Below are positions 55,774 through 64,000 of a stretch of 64,000 nt of DNA, piece after piece. The first letter of the stretch is position 1, and every line of letters begins with the position of its first letter. The notes under the pieces were generated by a model. The model had not been told where the DNA came from, searched no databases, and saw nothing but the letters and a program-made list of their open reading frames with translations. The stretch lies in NCBI GenBank assembly GCA_025059045.1, contig JANXEA010000010.1, positions 53,324 through 117,323 on the forward strand, written 5' to 3'. Source of the DNA: Candidatus Bathyarchaeota archaeon (GTDB lineage: Archaea > Thermoproteota > Bathyarchaeia > Bathyarchaeales > DTEX01). The position numbers were made by a program, and so were the translations under genes.

Positions 55774-56865
55774 TTATGTTATGAAATTGGAGAGCCCGGC
55801 TTCTCTCGCCAGTTCTACCGCTTTTTTCATCTCATTGAACGTCAGTCTTCTCCTGAGCTCAGGGATTTCATGGGCTCTCCATTCAGGTCGATACTGGAAC
55901 ATTAGGTTTACCCTAACATTTTCTCCCAATTTTTCAGATATCCATTTTAAGATAGGTTCTGTGCAGCAGGATAAGTGTCCGGGGAGGACCAAGACCCTTA
56001 TGATGAGCTCGCCGAAACGTTTTCCGTATAGGTGGTTCCTCCTGCAAACCTCTACGTAACCAGGGGCATCCGAAATCTTCTCTGCGCATTCATTTTGGCC
56101 ATACTTGAAATCCAAGAGGTATATGTCTGCAAATTCGGCGAGAAGCTTAGCTGTCTCCTCACTATAGTATGAGTTAGAGTTCCATACAACCGGTATGTTT
56201 ACATTCACGTGCTTGAACGCTTCAAGCCAGAGGGGGAGCCATGGCGTCGGCTCCCCGCCAACTAGGTTAGCGTTTCTGCAACCATTCCTCCTCAGACCCT
56301 CTATAGCCTGGGCCAGCATTCTCGGCGTGTAAGCCTTTCCTTCCTCATACCACTGGGATATTGACCAGTTTTGGCAATGTAGGCATCTTATTGTGCAGCC
56401 CATTGTGAAGATGGTTCCAGAAGGGACTAGCTCCGGCTCTTCGCCCATATGCTCGAAGATGGATGACACTATCATTTGCGACCCGCATCTGCAGTAGCCG
56501 AGTTCACCATTCAACCGATTTTTCCCGCACTTCCTATTGCAGAGGCAGCAGTTCTCAAGGATGCGATTTGCTATTGCTATCTTCAGGTCTAGGAGGGACT
56601 TCTGGGGCAGATCAGCATTTTCTACTTTTTCTTCACCATTGTCTATCTGGTCCTGGATGCGAAAGAATTCTTTTGAGAGATCATCATGGATTCGCCATAA
56701 TCCGCTTAGGCTTTCATCTTCTGAAAAATCTGCTGGAATTCTCTTTGCGATCAAGAATTTCGCCGGCTTCTTATCTTGCATTACGGCGAAGTATCTGGGC
56801 AGGCTTGCCCTCACTTTCTCATCATTAAGAACCGAAACTGCATCGGGCCTGAATATGGTGATCAT
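55774..56865 (-). CDS. radical SAM protein (PflX / COG1313-like)
   Basis: CTIRCLHCQNW (CxxxCxxC), preceded by a Cys-rich CCLCNRKCGKNR...GYCRCG segment. Confidence 0.8.
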   Translation of the reverse strand: MITIFRPDAVSVLNDEKVRASLPRYFAVMQDKKPAKFLIAKRIPADFSEDESLSGLWRIHDDLSKEFFRIQDQIDNGEEKVENADLPQKSLLDLKIAIANRILENCCLCNRKCGKNRLNGELGYCRCGSQMIVSSIFEHMGEEPELVPSGTIFTMGCTIRCLHCQNWSISQWYEEGKAYTPRMLAQAIEGLRRNGCRNANLVGGEPTPWLPLWLEAFKHVNVNIPVVWNSNSYYSEETAKLLAEFADIYLLDFKYGQNECAEKISDAPGYVEVCRRNHLYGKRFGELIIRVLVLPGHLSCCTEPILKWISEKLGENVRVNLMFQYRPEWRAHEIPELRRRLTFNEMKKAVELAREAGLSNFIT

Positions 56866-56945
56866 TTTCTCAGAATTTTAAATAGGCCTGTCCAACCTTA
56901 TTAACGATATGTTCTTCTAGTATGAGATAGATTTGGAATTTCCCA

Positions 56946-58001
56946 TCACAATATGGGATATGGGAATGAGAAGCCTTTATTGTGGAATCTTCCGCGAATC
57001 GGGATCTTGTTCCCGCAATTGGAACAACGCATATCTTCGGTCAAATTCCATCTTATAACTTCATAACCGTACCTTTTGATCACGGTCTCTCCGCAAATGG
57101 GGCAATAGGTGTTCTCATACCTGTGACCTGCAACATTACCTAGATACACGTAGTCTAGGCCAGCTTCTCTTGAAACATCGTAAGCCTTCTCTAATGTTTG
57201 AATCTCGGTTGCACGGATCTCGGTGAGGTTATAGTCTGGATGAAACCTGAGAAGGTGGAAAGGAGTATCTCTGCCTAAATTCTCTTTTATCCAGGAAGCA
57301 AGTTCCCTTATCCTTTCTAAAGAGTCGCCTATCTCGGGTACAACTAAATTTGTTACCTCGATGTGGATTCCGCACTTTCTCATTTCACGCAGAGACTCGT
57401 ATATTGGTTCAACAGAGGGGACGGATGAGAACTTCCTATAAAACTCTGGATCTCCGCCTCCCTTGAAGTCTACAGTAGCCGCATCCAAGTATGGTGCGAT
57501 CATTCTAACAGCCTCCGGTGTCATGTAACCGTTAGTTACAAAGGTGTTGAAGATTCCTTTTTCATGGGCAAGAATGGCCGTATCATATGCATACTCAAAA
57601 AATATTGTTGGTTCAGTGTATGTGTAGCTTATACCTTCACATTCATAATTCTCGGCTGTTTCTACCACCTTCTCTGGGGGAAAATCCTTTCCAACGATGT
57701 CCCTTTCTTGACTAATTGACCAGTTGTCACAGAATTGGCATCTGAAGTTGCATCCTACGGTCGCAATTGACAAGACTGTGGCGCCTGGATGGAAATGTGA
57801 AAGAGGTTTCTTTCCAATTGGGTCAGCATTCGCGGCGCAGATCCTCGCATAGTTTAATGCATATAGTCTTCCCGACTCATTCTTTCTCACCCCGCAGAAA
57901 CCGAAACCGCCATCCCTGATTATGCACCTGCGACCGCAGAGATTGCAGCGTACCATTTTTCCCTGGATCTCTTCATAGAGCATGGCTTCACGTTTATACA
58001 T
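56946..58001 (-). CDS. AmmeMemoRadiSam-system radical SAM enzyme
   Basis: VRCNLCGRRCIIRDGGFGFCGVRKN N-terminus, CNFRCQFCDNW cluster motif and C-terminal CPICG...CSNCG. Confidence 0.8.
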   Translation of the reverse strand: MYKREAMLYEEIQGKMVRCNLCGRRCIIRDGGFGFCGVRKNESGRLYALNYARICAANADPIGKKPLSHFHPGATVLSIATVGCNFRCQFCDNWSISQERDIVGKDFPPEKVVETAENYECEGISYTYTEPTIFFEYAYDTAILAHEKGIFNTFVTNGYMTPEAVRMIAPYLDAATVDFKGGGDPEFYRKFSSVPSVEPIYESLREMRKCGIHIEVTNLVVPEIGDSLERIRELASWIKENLGRDTPFHLLRFHPDYNLTEIRATEIQTLEKAYDVSREAGLDYVYLGNVAGHRYENTYCPICGETVIKRYGYEVIRWNLTEDMRCSNCGNKIPIRGRFHNKGFSFPYPIL

Positions 58002-58126
58002 GAATAATTATGCACCTATAGGGTTCTACTAGCCTTTTCCTCTAAATCCTTTCCTCCATGCCGATTTGCAGACTCTCTCTTCAATATTACTGGATTAATT
58101 ATTACGTGTATGGGGCGATATGAGTT

Positions 58127-58405
58127 CTAATCTTTGACTGCCTCCAGTAGGCTTATAACATTCCATAATTTGACGCGGGTGTATGGAGGCATGTTTGGAT
58201 CCTGAAGGATCTCATCTAGGATGGATACAGCGTTCGAGGCTCTAACCCCCATCGTATACGTTGTGAGCTGAAGTGTCTCCATAGATTCTTTGGCGGCTCT
58301 TCTAATGTTTCTGGGGGTGGTTGTATCCTCTGAGACTTGACCGAGGATCCTTATCGCCTGCGTTATCCTTTCTTCATATTCCTTCTGCTTCTTCTTGCTG
58401 ACCAT
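58127..58405 (-). CDS. UPF0147 family protein
   Basis: TTPRNIRRAAKESMETL ... VRASNAVSILDEILQDPNMPPYTRVKLWNVISLLE. The ATG at 58405 is preferred; the ORF opens at 58450. Confidence 0.65.
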   Translation of the reverse strand: MVSKKKQKEYEERITQAIRILGQVSEDTTTPRNIRRAAKESMETLQLTTYTMGVRASNAVSILDEILQDPNMPPYTRVKLWNVISLLEAVKD

Positions 58406-58528
58406 ATGCAGCCCCCCAAGCGATTGTTGACGGCATAAGGTTCTGTTCATGATTCGTATTGATCAAGCGAGATATAAGCTTATATTTTTGGAGTTTTCTT
58501 TTCGGGAAAATAGGTGGGGCAGAATTTT

Positions 58529-59593
58529 TTAGGCGTTATATTCTCCGTATTTTTTTACTAGTTCTATGACCCTCATATAGTTCTGGAAACTTACATTTTT
58601 CGGTATAGAGTGGTCTGAGTGATATATGTATCCTCCACCTTCCTTTGCGGCCATTATCTTCTTTCTTATTTCATCCTCAATGGCTCTTAGATCGTCAAGA
58701 GCCATTAATCTGGCATCGATTCCCCCCATGAAGGAAATTTTGTCGCCAAACTTCTCTTTTAGTTCTACAAGATCCATACCGGCTTTAACCTCTAATGGTT
58801 GGAGACAGTTTATCCCTTCCTCGATGAAGTATGGTATTAGATCTTTCACCCTTCCGCAGCAGTGGAGAATTACAAACATCCCTTTACCGTGAAAGAACCT
58901 GCATAGCTCCTTGAATATTGGGTGAACCTGTTCCTCGTAATGTTTGGGGGAGAAGAAAAGGCCGGATTTGTAGCCTAAATCGCAGAAAAGGAAGGCTCCA
59001 TCAAATCTGAACCCTCCCTTAATCATCCGATTGCACATTTCCATAACTAATTTAGCGTCGGTTTCATACATGTCAATTACCCAGTCAGGTTCTTTGAGAA
59101 TTGCTTTCAGTAGGCGTGGCGGCGCCACGTATTTTTGTATTTTGTCGTAGCAGACTGTAGCATTATAGGTTATGAATCTGCCTTTAGAATGCTCCCTACG
59201 AAATGTCTGTAAACCTGTCACCCAGTCCACTCTATAGTCGCTTGGCTCAAGTCTCTGTTTAATCTTCTCCCAGTCATCTCTTTTCTTGCATGGATAATCA
59301 ATTATTAGGGGCGTTGTGGAAAAATCGCGGTGATTCATTCTTATCCCGCCATATTTATCTCTCTCCACAATATACTCATCATTCTCTGAGATTACCTCGA
59401 TGGGGAACTGTGGAGAAGTATCCGCCTCAAAGCAGGATATCTCGAATCCAAAATAATCTGCGGGCGATACAGATGCGGGTAGACCCTCTTTGCGCCATCT
59501 TTCTATCGTCGCTTGCCAAATGTTATCGTGAATAGGTATCCTATCCGCCTCTTTATGACGAAGTGCTAGGCTGACCCTCTCTCGCGGAATCAA
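58529..59593 (-). CDS. uroporphyrinogen decarboxylase (URO-D) family protein, MtaA/MtbA-like methyltransferase candidate
   Basis: 354 aa. ERVSLALRHKEADRIPI N-terminus and overall URO-D-family TIM-barrel pattern. TTG start. Confidence 0.7.
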   Translation of the reverse strand: MIPRERVSLALRHKEADRIPIHDNIWQATIERWRKEGLPASVSPADYFGFEISCFEADTSPQFPIEVISENDEYIVERDKYGGIRMNHRDFSTTPLIIDYPCKKRDDWEKIKQRLEPSDYRVDWVTGLQTFRREHSKGRFITYNATVCYDKIQKYVAPPRLLKAILKEPDWVIDMYETDAKLVMEMCNRMIKGGFRFDGAFLFCDLGYKSGLFFSPKHYEEQVHPIFKELCRFFHGKGMFVILHCCGRVKDLIPYFIEEGINCLQPLEVKAGMDLVELKEKFGDKISFMGGIDARLMALDDLRAIEDEIRKKIMAAKEGGGYIYHSDHSIPKNVSFQNYMRVIELVKKYGEYNA

Positions 59594-59664
59594 TTGATCG
59601 GCCCCCTATCTAATGGTTAGAACAACGTTACGCCTAAATTAATTTAATCGAGGTGATGTTCTAA

Positions 59665-60330
59665 TCATGTATTATTTTCTATGGGTTCTAGTGCTATTGC
59701 ACGGATCCATGAGGAGTCAAGGTAGGCGATGCGGAGGGGTAAGCCGATGAAGAACACTTTCTCTTTTCTAATTTTTTCAAGGTTAATCAGACCTTCAATT
59801 ATAGGTATGTCCCTTCTTAGAAGATTGTTATGGGTTGACATGAGACCGTCCGGCGCCTCGACCCTGACATTCTGCACACCAAGCATCTTTATGGGTCTCT
59901 CGGCAAGACATGCTGCGGCTTCTGGTGAGATGTAGGGTGACCCCTCTCCCACATATGGGCTCCACATAAGCACAATATCTTTGCTCTCAACTCTCAGGAG
60001 ATGAGAGGGCGTTATAGCCGCCCCTCTCCCATCTCTTGGTTTTAAGAAGTCAAACTTCAGAACTATTGCTTTACCTATGAAAGTGTCGATGGGCATCTGT
60101 GAACATGATTTTCCATTCGGAAGCAGATGTGCGGGGACTTCGACGTGTGTTCCTATATGGGTCTCAGTCTCGACCCAATGCATATATGTTTTGTCCGGTG
60201 CATAGATGAATTGGCGTGCCTCAAACCTTCTAGTCTCATTTCCATGCTGGTATTCTCCGCTGACTTTTAGAAGTCCGGGATAAACTTCGCGGGAAAGATC
60301 GATTATCCTGTACTTCTCTAAGCTGATCAT
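59665..60330 (-). CDS. cyclase-family protein (kynurenine formamidase-like)
   Basis: HIGTHVEVPAH corresponds to the HxGTHxDxPxH metal motif (E in place of D). Confidence 0.75.
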   Translation of the reverse strand: MISLEKYRIIDLSREVYPGLLKVSGEYQHGNETRRFEARQFIYAPDKTYMHWVETETHIGTHVEVPAHLLPNGKSCSQMPIDTFIGKAIVLKFDFLKPRDGRGAAITPSHLLRVESKDIVLMWSPYVGEGSPYISPEAAACLAERPIKMLGVQNVRVEAPDGLMSTHNNLLRRDIPIIEGLINLEKIRKEKVFFIGLPLRIAYLDSSWIRAIALEPIENNT

Positions 60331-60373
60331 ATCCTTAACATCACACCCATTGCCTTTGATGAAAATTTATCTT

Positions 60374-61096
60374 TCATATTGTTTGAGGGTTTATGAGCCT
60401 TTCCCACGCGTCTCTTTTCCGGTCAAATTCTTCGCGTGTCATATAATGGCGTGCTGGAACCCCCAAGACAACAGTGTTTGCTGGCACATCCCTTGTGACC
60501 ACTGCTCCAGCGCCGACTACCGAGTTCTCGCCGATCTGCACCCCAGCGATAATTGTGACGTTTGCACAGATTATTGCGCCTCTTTCCACGGTAACCCCGG
60601 TCATGCGTCTGCTTGGCGGATAGGGGTCGTTCGTAAAGCATACGCGTGGGGATATGAAGACGTCGTCGCCGATGACGGTTAAATGAGGTAGATAGACGTT
60701 AGATTGGATTTTCGTTCTCTTCCCAACTCTGACTGAGCCGTCTAATATTGATGATGAACCAATAAGCGCCTCCTCATCGACGAAGCTTCCTTCTCTAATC
60801 AGGACATTATGTCCAACTCGGACTTTATCGCCTAATGAAGCCGTCTCATAAATAACTGAGCCGGAGCGGACTATGCACTCCCTTCCCACAGTTGCTCCCT
60901 TGCTCACCGCATCATATTCTTCAAATCTAAAGGGATGGGAAGAGAGAATGGTTTTAATCGTCTTCTCAGATGGATAGCCAATCATGACGTTTTTCCCAAG
61001 CAAGGTCCCGTAGCCTACGGTGCTTGGGCCCAAAACAACTACATCGGGCTCAAGATAGCCCTCAACCCTCGCCCTACTAGAAATGAACCCTGACAT
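60374..61096 (-). CDS. hexapeptide-repeat (left-handed beta-helix) acyl/acetyltransferase
   Basis: Multiple [LIV]-G-x-x-x-x imperfect hexads (VTIIAGVQIGENSVVGAGAVVTRDVP). Confidence 0.75.
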   Translation of the reverse strand: MSGFISSRARVEGYLEPDVVVLGPSTVGYGTLLGKNVMIGYPSEKTIKTILSSHPFRFEEYDAVSKGATVGRECIVRSGSVIYETASLGDKVRVGHNVLIREGSFVDEEALIGSSSILDGSVRVGKRTKIQSNVYLPHLTVIGDDVFISPRVCFTNDPYPPSRRMTGVTVERGAIICANVTIIAGVQIGENSVVGAGAVVTRDVPANTVVLGVPARHYMTREEFDRKRDAWERLINPQTI

Positions 61097-61219
61097 TGAC
61101 TCTCATCATCTCCCACAGACGCGGGTTATGGAAATTATTTTATAGACATAAAAACATCCATAGATACTTATATATATTAAAACTATCAATCTTTATTCTA
61201 CCTTTTAAGGGGCGGTCTG

Positions 61220-61489
61220 ATGGCTCGGCGGACTAAGGCTGAGACCCAGGCGATGTTCAGGGCCGTTGCCATCCTGATAAGGAACACAACATGGAAGTGT
61301 GGCAAGATTGAACGTTTAGTGATCAAGTATCTGCAGAACCACTTAAGAAATAATGGGACCGCTTGGTCATGCATAAAGGATATGATGCAGCACTTTAAAC
61401 TTCAGGGGAAGCAGAGAAGCGAATTCTATGATGCGCTTAGAAGGCTTGAGAGAAGGGGGATCATAAGGATAGAAGGAACAATAGACTGA
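61220..61489 (+). CDS. small putative winged-helix protein (89 aa)
   Basis: C-terminal FYDALRRLERRGIIRIEG resembles a wHTH wing. Weak. Confidence 0.4.
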   Translation: MARRTKAETQAMFRAVAILIRNTTWKCGKIERLVIKYLQNHLRNNGTAWSCIKDMMQHFKLQGKQRSEFYDALRRLERRGIIRIEGTID

Positions 61490-61654
61490 GGCCCGATGAG
61501 GGATTATTTAAAACTAAGACTTTCTCTGAATTAGATCCACTATTTCCACTGTACGCTTGACATGGATCCCTATTTGGAAATGTGCAGAGCTTATGGGCCT
61601 TTTTCCTAAGAATGTGAAGAAAGTATGGGTTTGCGTCTGAGTTGATCTATGAGA

Positions 61655-61999
61655 CTACTCCTTGGTTTGTATGAGATCACCCTTGGGTCTCATGTATTCT
61701 ATCCTTGCTTTCACCTTTTCAAGTTCTTCTTGGAAGCCTCTGATCTTCCTTTCGAGTGCGGTTTTCTCCGCCTCTATCTCGCCTCTTCTCCTTCTGATGG
61801 GAAATAGTCTCATCTCAAGTTGGCTGTATTGGTATGGGTCTCTGCATCTCCTGAGCTCCTCGTGGATCCTGTTCTCTTCATCTACCACGGCAGCGTATTT
61901 AGCGTCGATCTCCTTCTTCTGAGCCTCAAGCTCCTTTAATGATTCCTCAATATTCCTTTGTTCCTGTCTCAATCTCTCTATGGCTGTTGTTGTGGACAT
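61655..61999 (-). CDS. coiled-coil protein (114 aa)
   Basis: Charged heptad-rich sequence and no motif. Confidence 0.4.
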   Translation of the reverse strand: MSTTTAIERLRQEQRNIEESLKELEAQKKEIDAKYAAVVDEENRIHEELRRCRDPYQYSQLEMRLFPIRRRRGEIEAEKTALERKIRGFQEELEKVKARIEYMRPKGDLIQTKE

Positions 62000-62076
62000 G
62001 GTTGTAGATGAGAGGCGAAGGTATTAATAAGTCTCACGTCTACCTCGGCTGCTAGGCTGCTGGCGTATGGGTGTGC

Positions 62077-62283
62077 TTAAGCAATCCTATTCCCACATCT
62101 TCTTTTTGGGGCTGTTTGGAGTATCGCGTTCATGATTATTAGTAGGCCCAAGCCTATTACGAAGTATGCGAGCGTTTCTTTCGCCGATATGATGTTAAGC
62201 GCGTATTCCGTTAAGAGGTATGAGATATAGAGGCAGAACAATCCGCCGATAAGGTCGCAGCATGCTTTCTTAGAGCCTTTTTT
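62077..62283 (-). pseudogene. out-of-frame 68-codon continuation of the zinc-ribbon membrane gene
   Basis: Frame opens right after TAG (62284-86). It reads KKGSKKACCDLIGGLFCLYISYLLTEYALNIISAKETLAYFVIGLGLLIIMNAILQTAPKRRCGNRIA, with no start codon before residue 55. Confidence 0.5.
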
Positions 62284-62686
62284 CTAGGAGAATTCTTAGG
62301 GCTGATAGCAGGAAGCCCCATATGCCAATCGCCTTGAAGAAGTAGATTGCGGAGTCCAGGACCGGCTCTGGCGGTTTGATGAAGATTTTTTGGTCGGCCA
62401 TTCTTTGGATGTAATTAACGATTAGTGAGACGTCTATTGGATTCGCTAGGTACGTCAGAGCTAGGACCATGAGGAAAACGCCGATCGAGGTGGCCTCTAG
62501 GATCCCGGAGATGTAAGGTTGCTCCTTTATAACGGTTTTCTTTTTTAGGGATGCATCTTCAACTCTAAGAGATGAGCCGCATCTTGGGCAGAACTTCATA
62601 TCCAGTTCGACTTTCTGTCCGCAATTTGGGCATTGCATGCCGCCAGTATTTTCCGCTTCATTCTTCTGTTCATGTTGCATGGACAA
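62270..62686 (-). CDS. zinc-ribbon membrane protein (apparently truncated by a frameshift)
   Basis: CPNCGQKVELDMKFCPRCGSSL, followed by TM segments. The ORF ends just after an A6 run, and a start-less TM-rich ORF continues in another frame. Confidence 0.6.
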   Translation of the reverse strand: MSMQHEQKNEAENTGGMQCPNCGQKVELDMKFCPRCGSSLRVEDASLKKKTVIKEQPYISGILEATSIGVFLMVLALTYLANPIDVSLIVNYIQRMADQKIFIKPPEPVLDSAIYFFKAIGIWGFLLSALRILLEKRL

Positions 62687-62766
62687 AACATTTCCTAATC
62701 ATTATGGATTTTTGAAAATAATAATTGGGGATCCGCGTAATAAAGGTTTAATTTTTAAGCGGAAAT

Positions 62767-63138
62767 TTGAGCGGGGAGGATGCAAGGCTTTTTAGGGAGA
62801 TGGTGCAAAGTATTGGCGAGGATAGGCTCATGGTGTATTGCGCTAAATGTGGGGCTCAGAATCCTGATGACGCTAGGTATTGCATCCAATGCGGCACTCC
62901 GCTTCATATCAGCAGAGAAAGAAAGGAGAAGGAGGAGAAACATGAAAAACATGAGAAGAGCGAGATTTGGTCTCCTAGACTTTTCTTGCTGCTTATCGGT
63001 TTCATAATCTTCTTTTGGGGGTTAAATCAGCTTCTTGAAGTGCTCCTTTCGGTCTCCGTCCCACTTATGCCCGTTATCCTGATGATCATCGGTTTATACA
63101 TAATATATAGGGCTCTAACTAGGACGAGGCCGAGATAG
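62767..63138 (+). CDS. zinc-ribbon membrane protein
   Basis: YCAKCGAQNPDDARYCIQCGTPL, a Lys/Glu-rich linker and two TM segments. The true start is probably an internal ATG (MVQSIG... or MVYCAKCG...). Confidence 0.55.
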   Translation: MSGEDARLFREMVQSIGEDRLMVYCAKCGAQNPDDARYCIQCGTPLHISRERKEKEEKHEKHEKSEIWSPRLFLLLIGFIIFFWGLNQLLEVLLSVSVPLMPVILMIIGLYIIYRALTRTRPR

Positions 63139-63178
63139 CCTCTGCTAATAAATGCTGGAGAGGCTTCCTCTGATATTT

Positions 63179-64000
63179 ATGGGATCATATAGTGCAGTTC
63201 AAATGGGTTTGCCATTGAATGATAAGGATTTAGCTGGAATGATCCTTGAGCCTATGTTTAGAAGCCTGGAGGATCCTGCTGAGGCTCAGCTTAACCTTCT
63301 CTTCCGGCTGAAGGATCTATATCGCAGAACGGAGTATGGTAAGGAGAGATCCGTTAAGGATGTTTATAGCGTTGAAGATTTCCGCCGGTTATTCCCGAAG
63401 GTAGAATACTCGGGGCTGAAAAGGTATATTGAGGAGGTGAAGCGTGGGAGGTATGGGGCGCTACTGCCGGAGCCCCCTGTCTGCTGGGTTATGACTAGGG
63501 GTTCAACTGGGAGAGCTAAGGTTCTGCCAGTAACGAGGATGCATCTTGAAGACATACTTATTTGCGGCGCTAGGGCTCTCGTTAATTACGCTCTTAGGAA
63601 TGGCGATATGCGTGTCTTGGAGGGAAAGATCCTTAACCTCAATTTCCCCTCTAGGGTTTCGTTCCTCGATTATATGGGGAACCAGGTGCCCTACGGTTAT
63701 AGTTCAGGTACTTATGCTAGGCTTCTGCCCGAGCTTGGGAGGGTGAGGCTTGTTCCGCTGCAGGATGAGGTTGACGCTTTGGGCTCGGGTATCGAGGTTG
63801 CGGATTGGGAGAGAAGGTTCGAACTCGTTTATAAGAGGGCTTTTGATGAGGACGTCACAGCGGTCATGGGGGTCGCGCCGGTTATACTCTCCTTCGCGGT
63901 TTTCGTCAAGAAGAGGTTTGGAAAACTTCCGCGTGACGTCTGGAGGGTAAGGGCTCTGTTCTGCACCAGCGTCCGAAAGATTCATTATAGGTATGCGCCT
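63179..64000 (+). CDS. GH3-family adenylate-forming enzyme (partial, runs off window end)
   Basis: Open frame from the ATG at 63179 to the window end (274 codons). MTRGSTGRAKVLPVT matches the GH3 T-S-G-T-T-x-x-x-x-K-x-I-P motif region. N-terminal FRRLFPKVEYSGL context. Confidence 0.7.
   Translation, partial: MGSYSAVQMGLPLNDKDLAGMILEPMFRSLEDPAEAQLNLLFRLKDLYRRTEYGKERSVKDVYSVEDFRRLFPKVEYSGLKRYIEEVKRGRYGALLPEPPVCWVMTRGSTGRAKVLPVTRMHLEDILICGARALVNYALRNGDMRVLEGKILNLNFPSRVSFLDYMGNQVPYGYSSGTYARLLPELGRVRLVPLQDEVDALGSGIEVADWERRFELVYKRAFDEDVTAVMGVAPVILSFAVFVKKRFGKLPRDVWRVRALFCTSVRKIHYRYAP

Noticed and set aside
1-64000. Search by eye for CRISPR arrays, IS elements or transposases, integrases, rRNA, and large direct repeats.
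   Set aside because: None seen. Only the short repeats listed as features were found. A computational repeat search (for example self-BLAST or a CRISPR finder) would be needed to be definitive.

Overview
The window reads as a gene-dense archaeal chromosomal segment. Archaeal markers present are TFE, RpoK/Rpo6, aMBF1, NAC, Trm56, a TIP49/RuvB-like ATPase, ATP-dependent DNA ligase, type-2 methionine aminopeptidase, a thermosome relic and a tRNA with BHB-type introns. The lineage looks TACK/Bathyarchaeia-like, but that is inference only. I saw no rRNA, CRISPR array, transposase or integrase.

The content falls into four groups:
- Sugar metabolism: cupin-type PGI, galK-galT-HAD-MFS and a PfkA-type PFK.
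- Pyrimidine genes: pyrE and pyrC.
- A conserved information-processing block: mbf1-hflX-trm56, tfe-HD, PUA, nac and rpoK.
- Two two-component systems.

The least explained region is 10.9-25.0 kb. It holds a membrane-anchored protein plus a 1003-aa FtsX/MacB-type permease with no ATPase partner. It also holds a multi-PAS/GAF histidine kinase coupled to a receiver fused to a P-loop-less KaiC/RecA-like domain, and a convergent KaiC-like ATPase. Next to these is an operon of class III (type IV pilin-like) signal-peptide proteins, including a 948-aa putative glycoprotein with a CBM-like jelly-roll. No pilus-assembly genes are nearby.

Other oddities:
- The tRNA has two inserts, and the anticodon loop cannot be made fully canonical.
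- rpoK has its conserved N-terminal motif upstream of the first ATG, with no canonical start codon in that stretch.
- A thermosome N-terminal relic is present.
- A zinc-ribbon membrane gene is broken at an A6/T6 run.

All family assignments are from motif recognition by eye. No database search was run.
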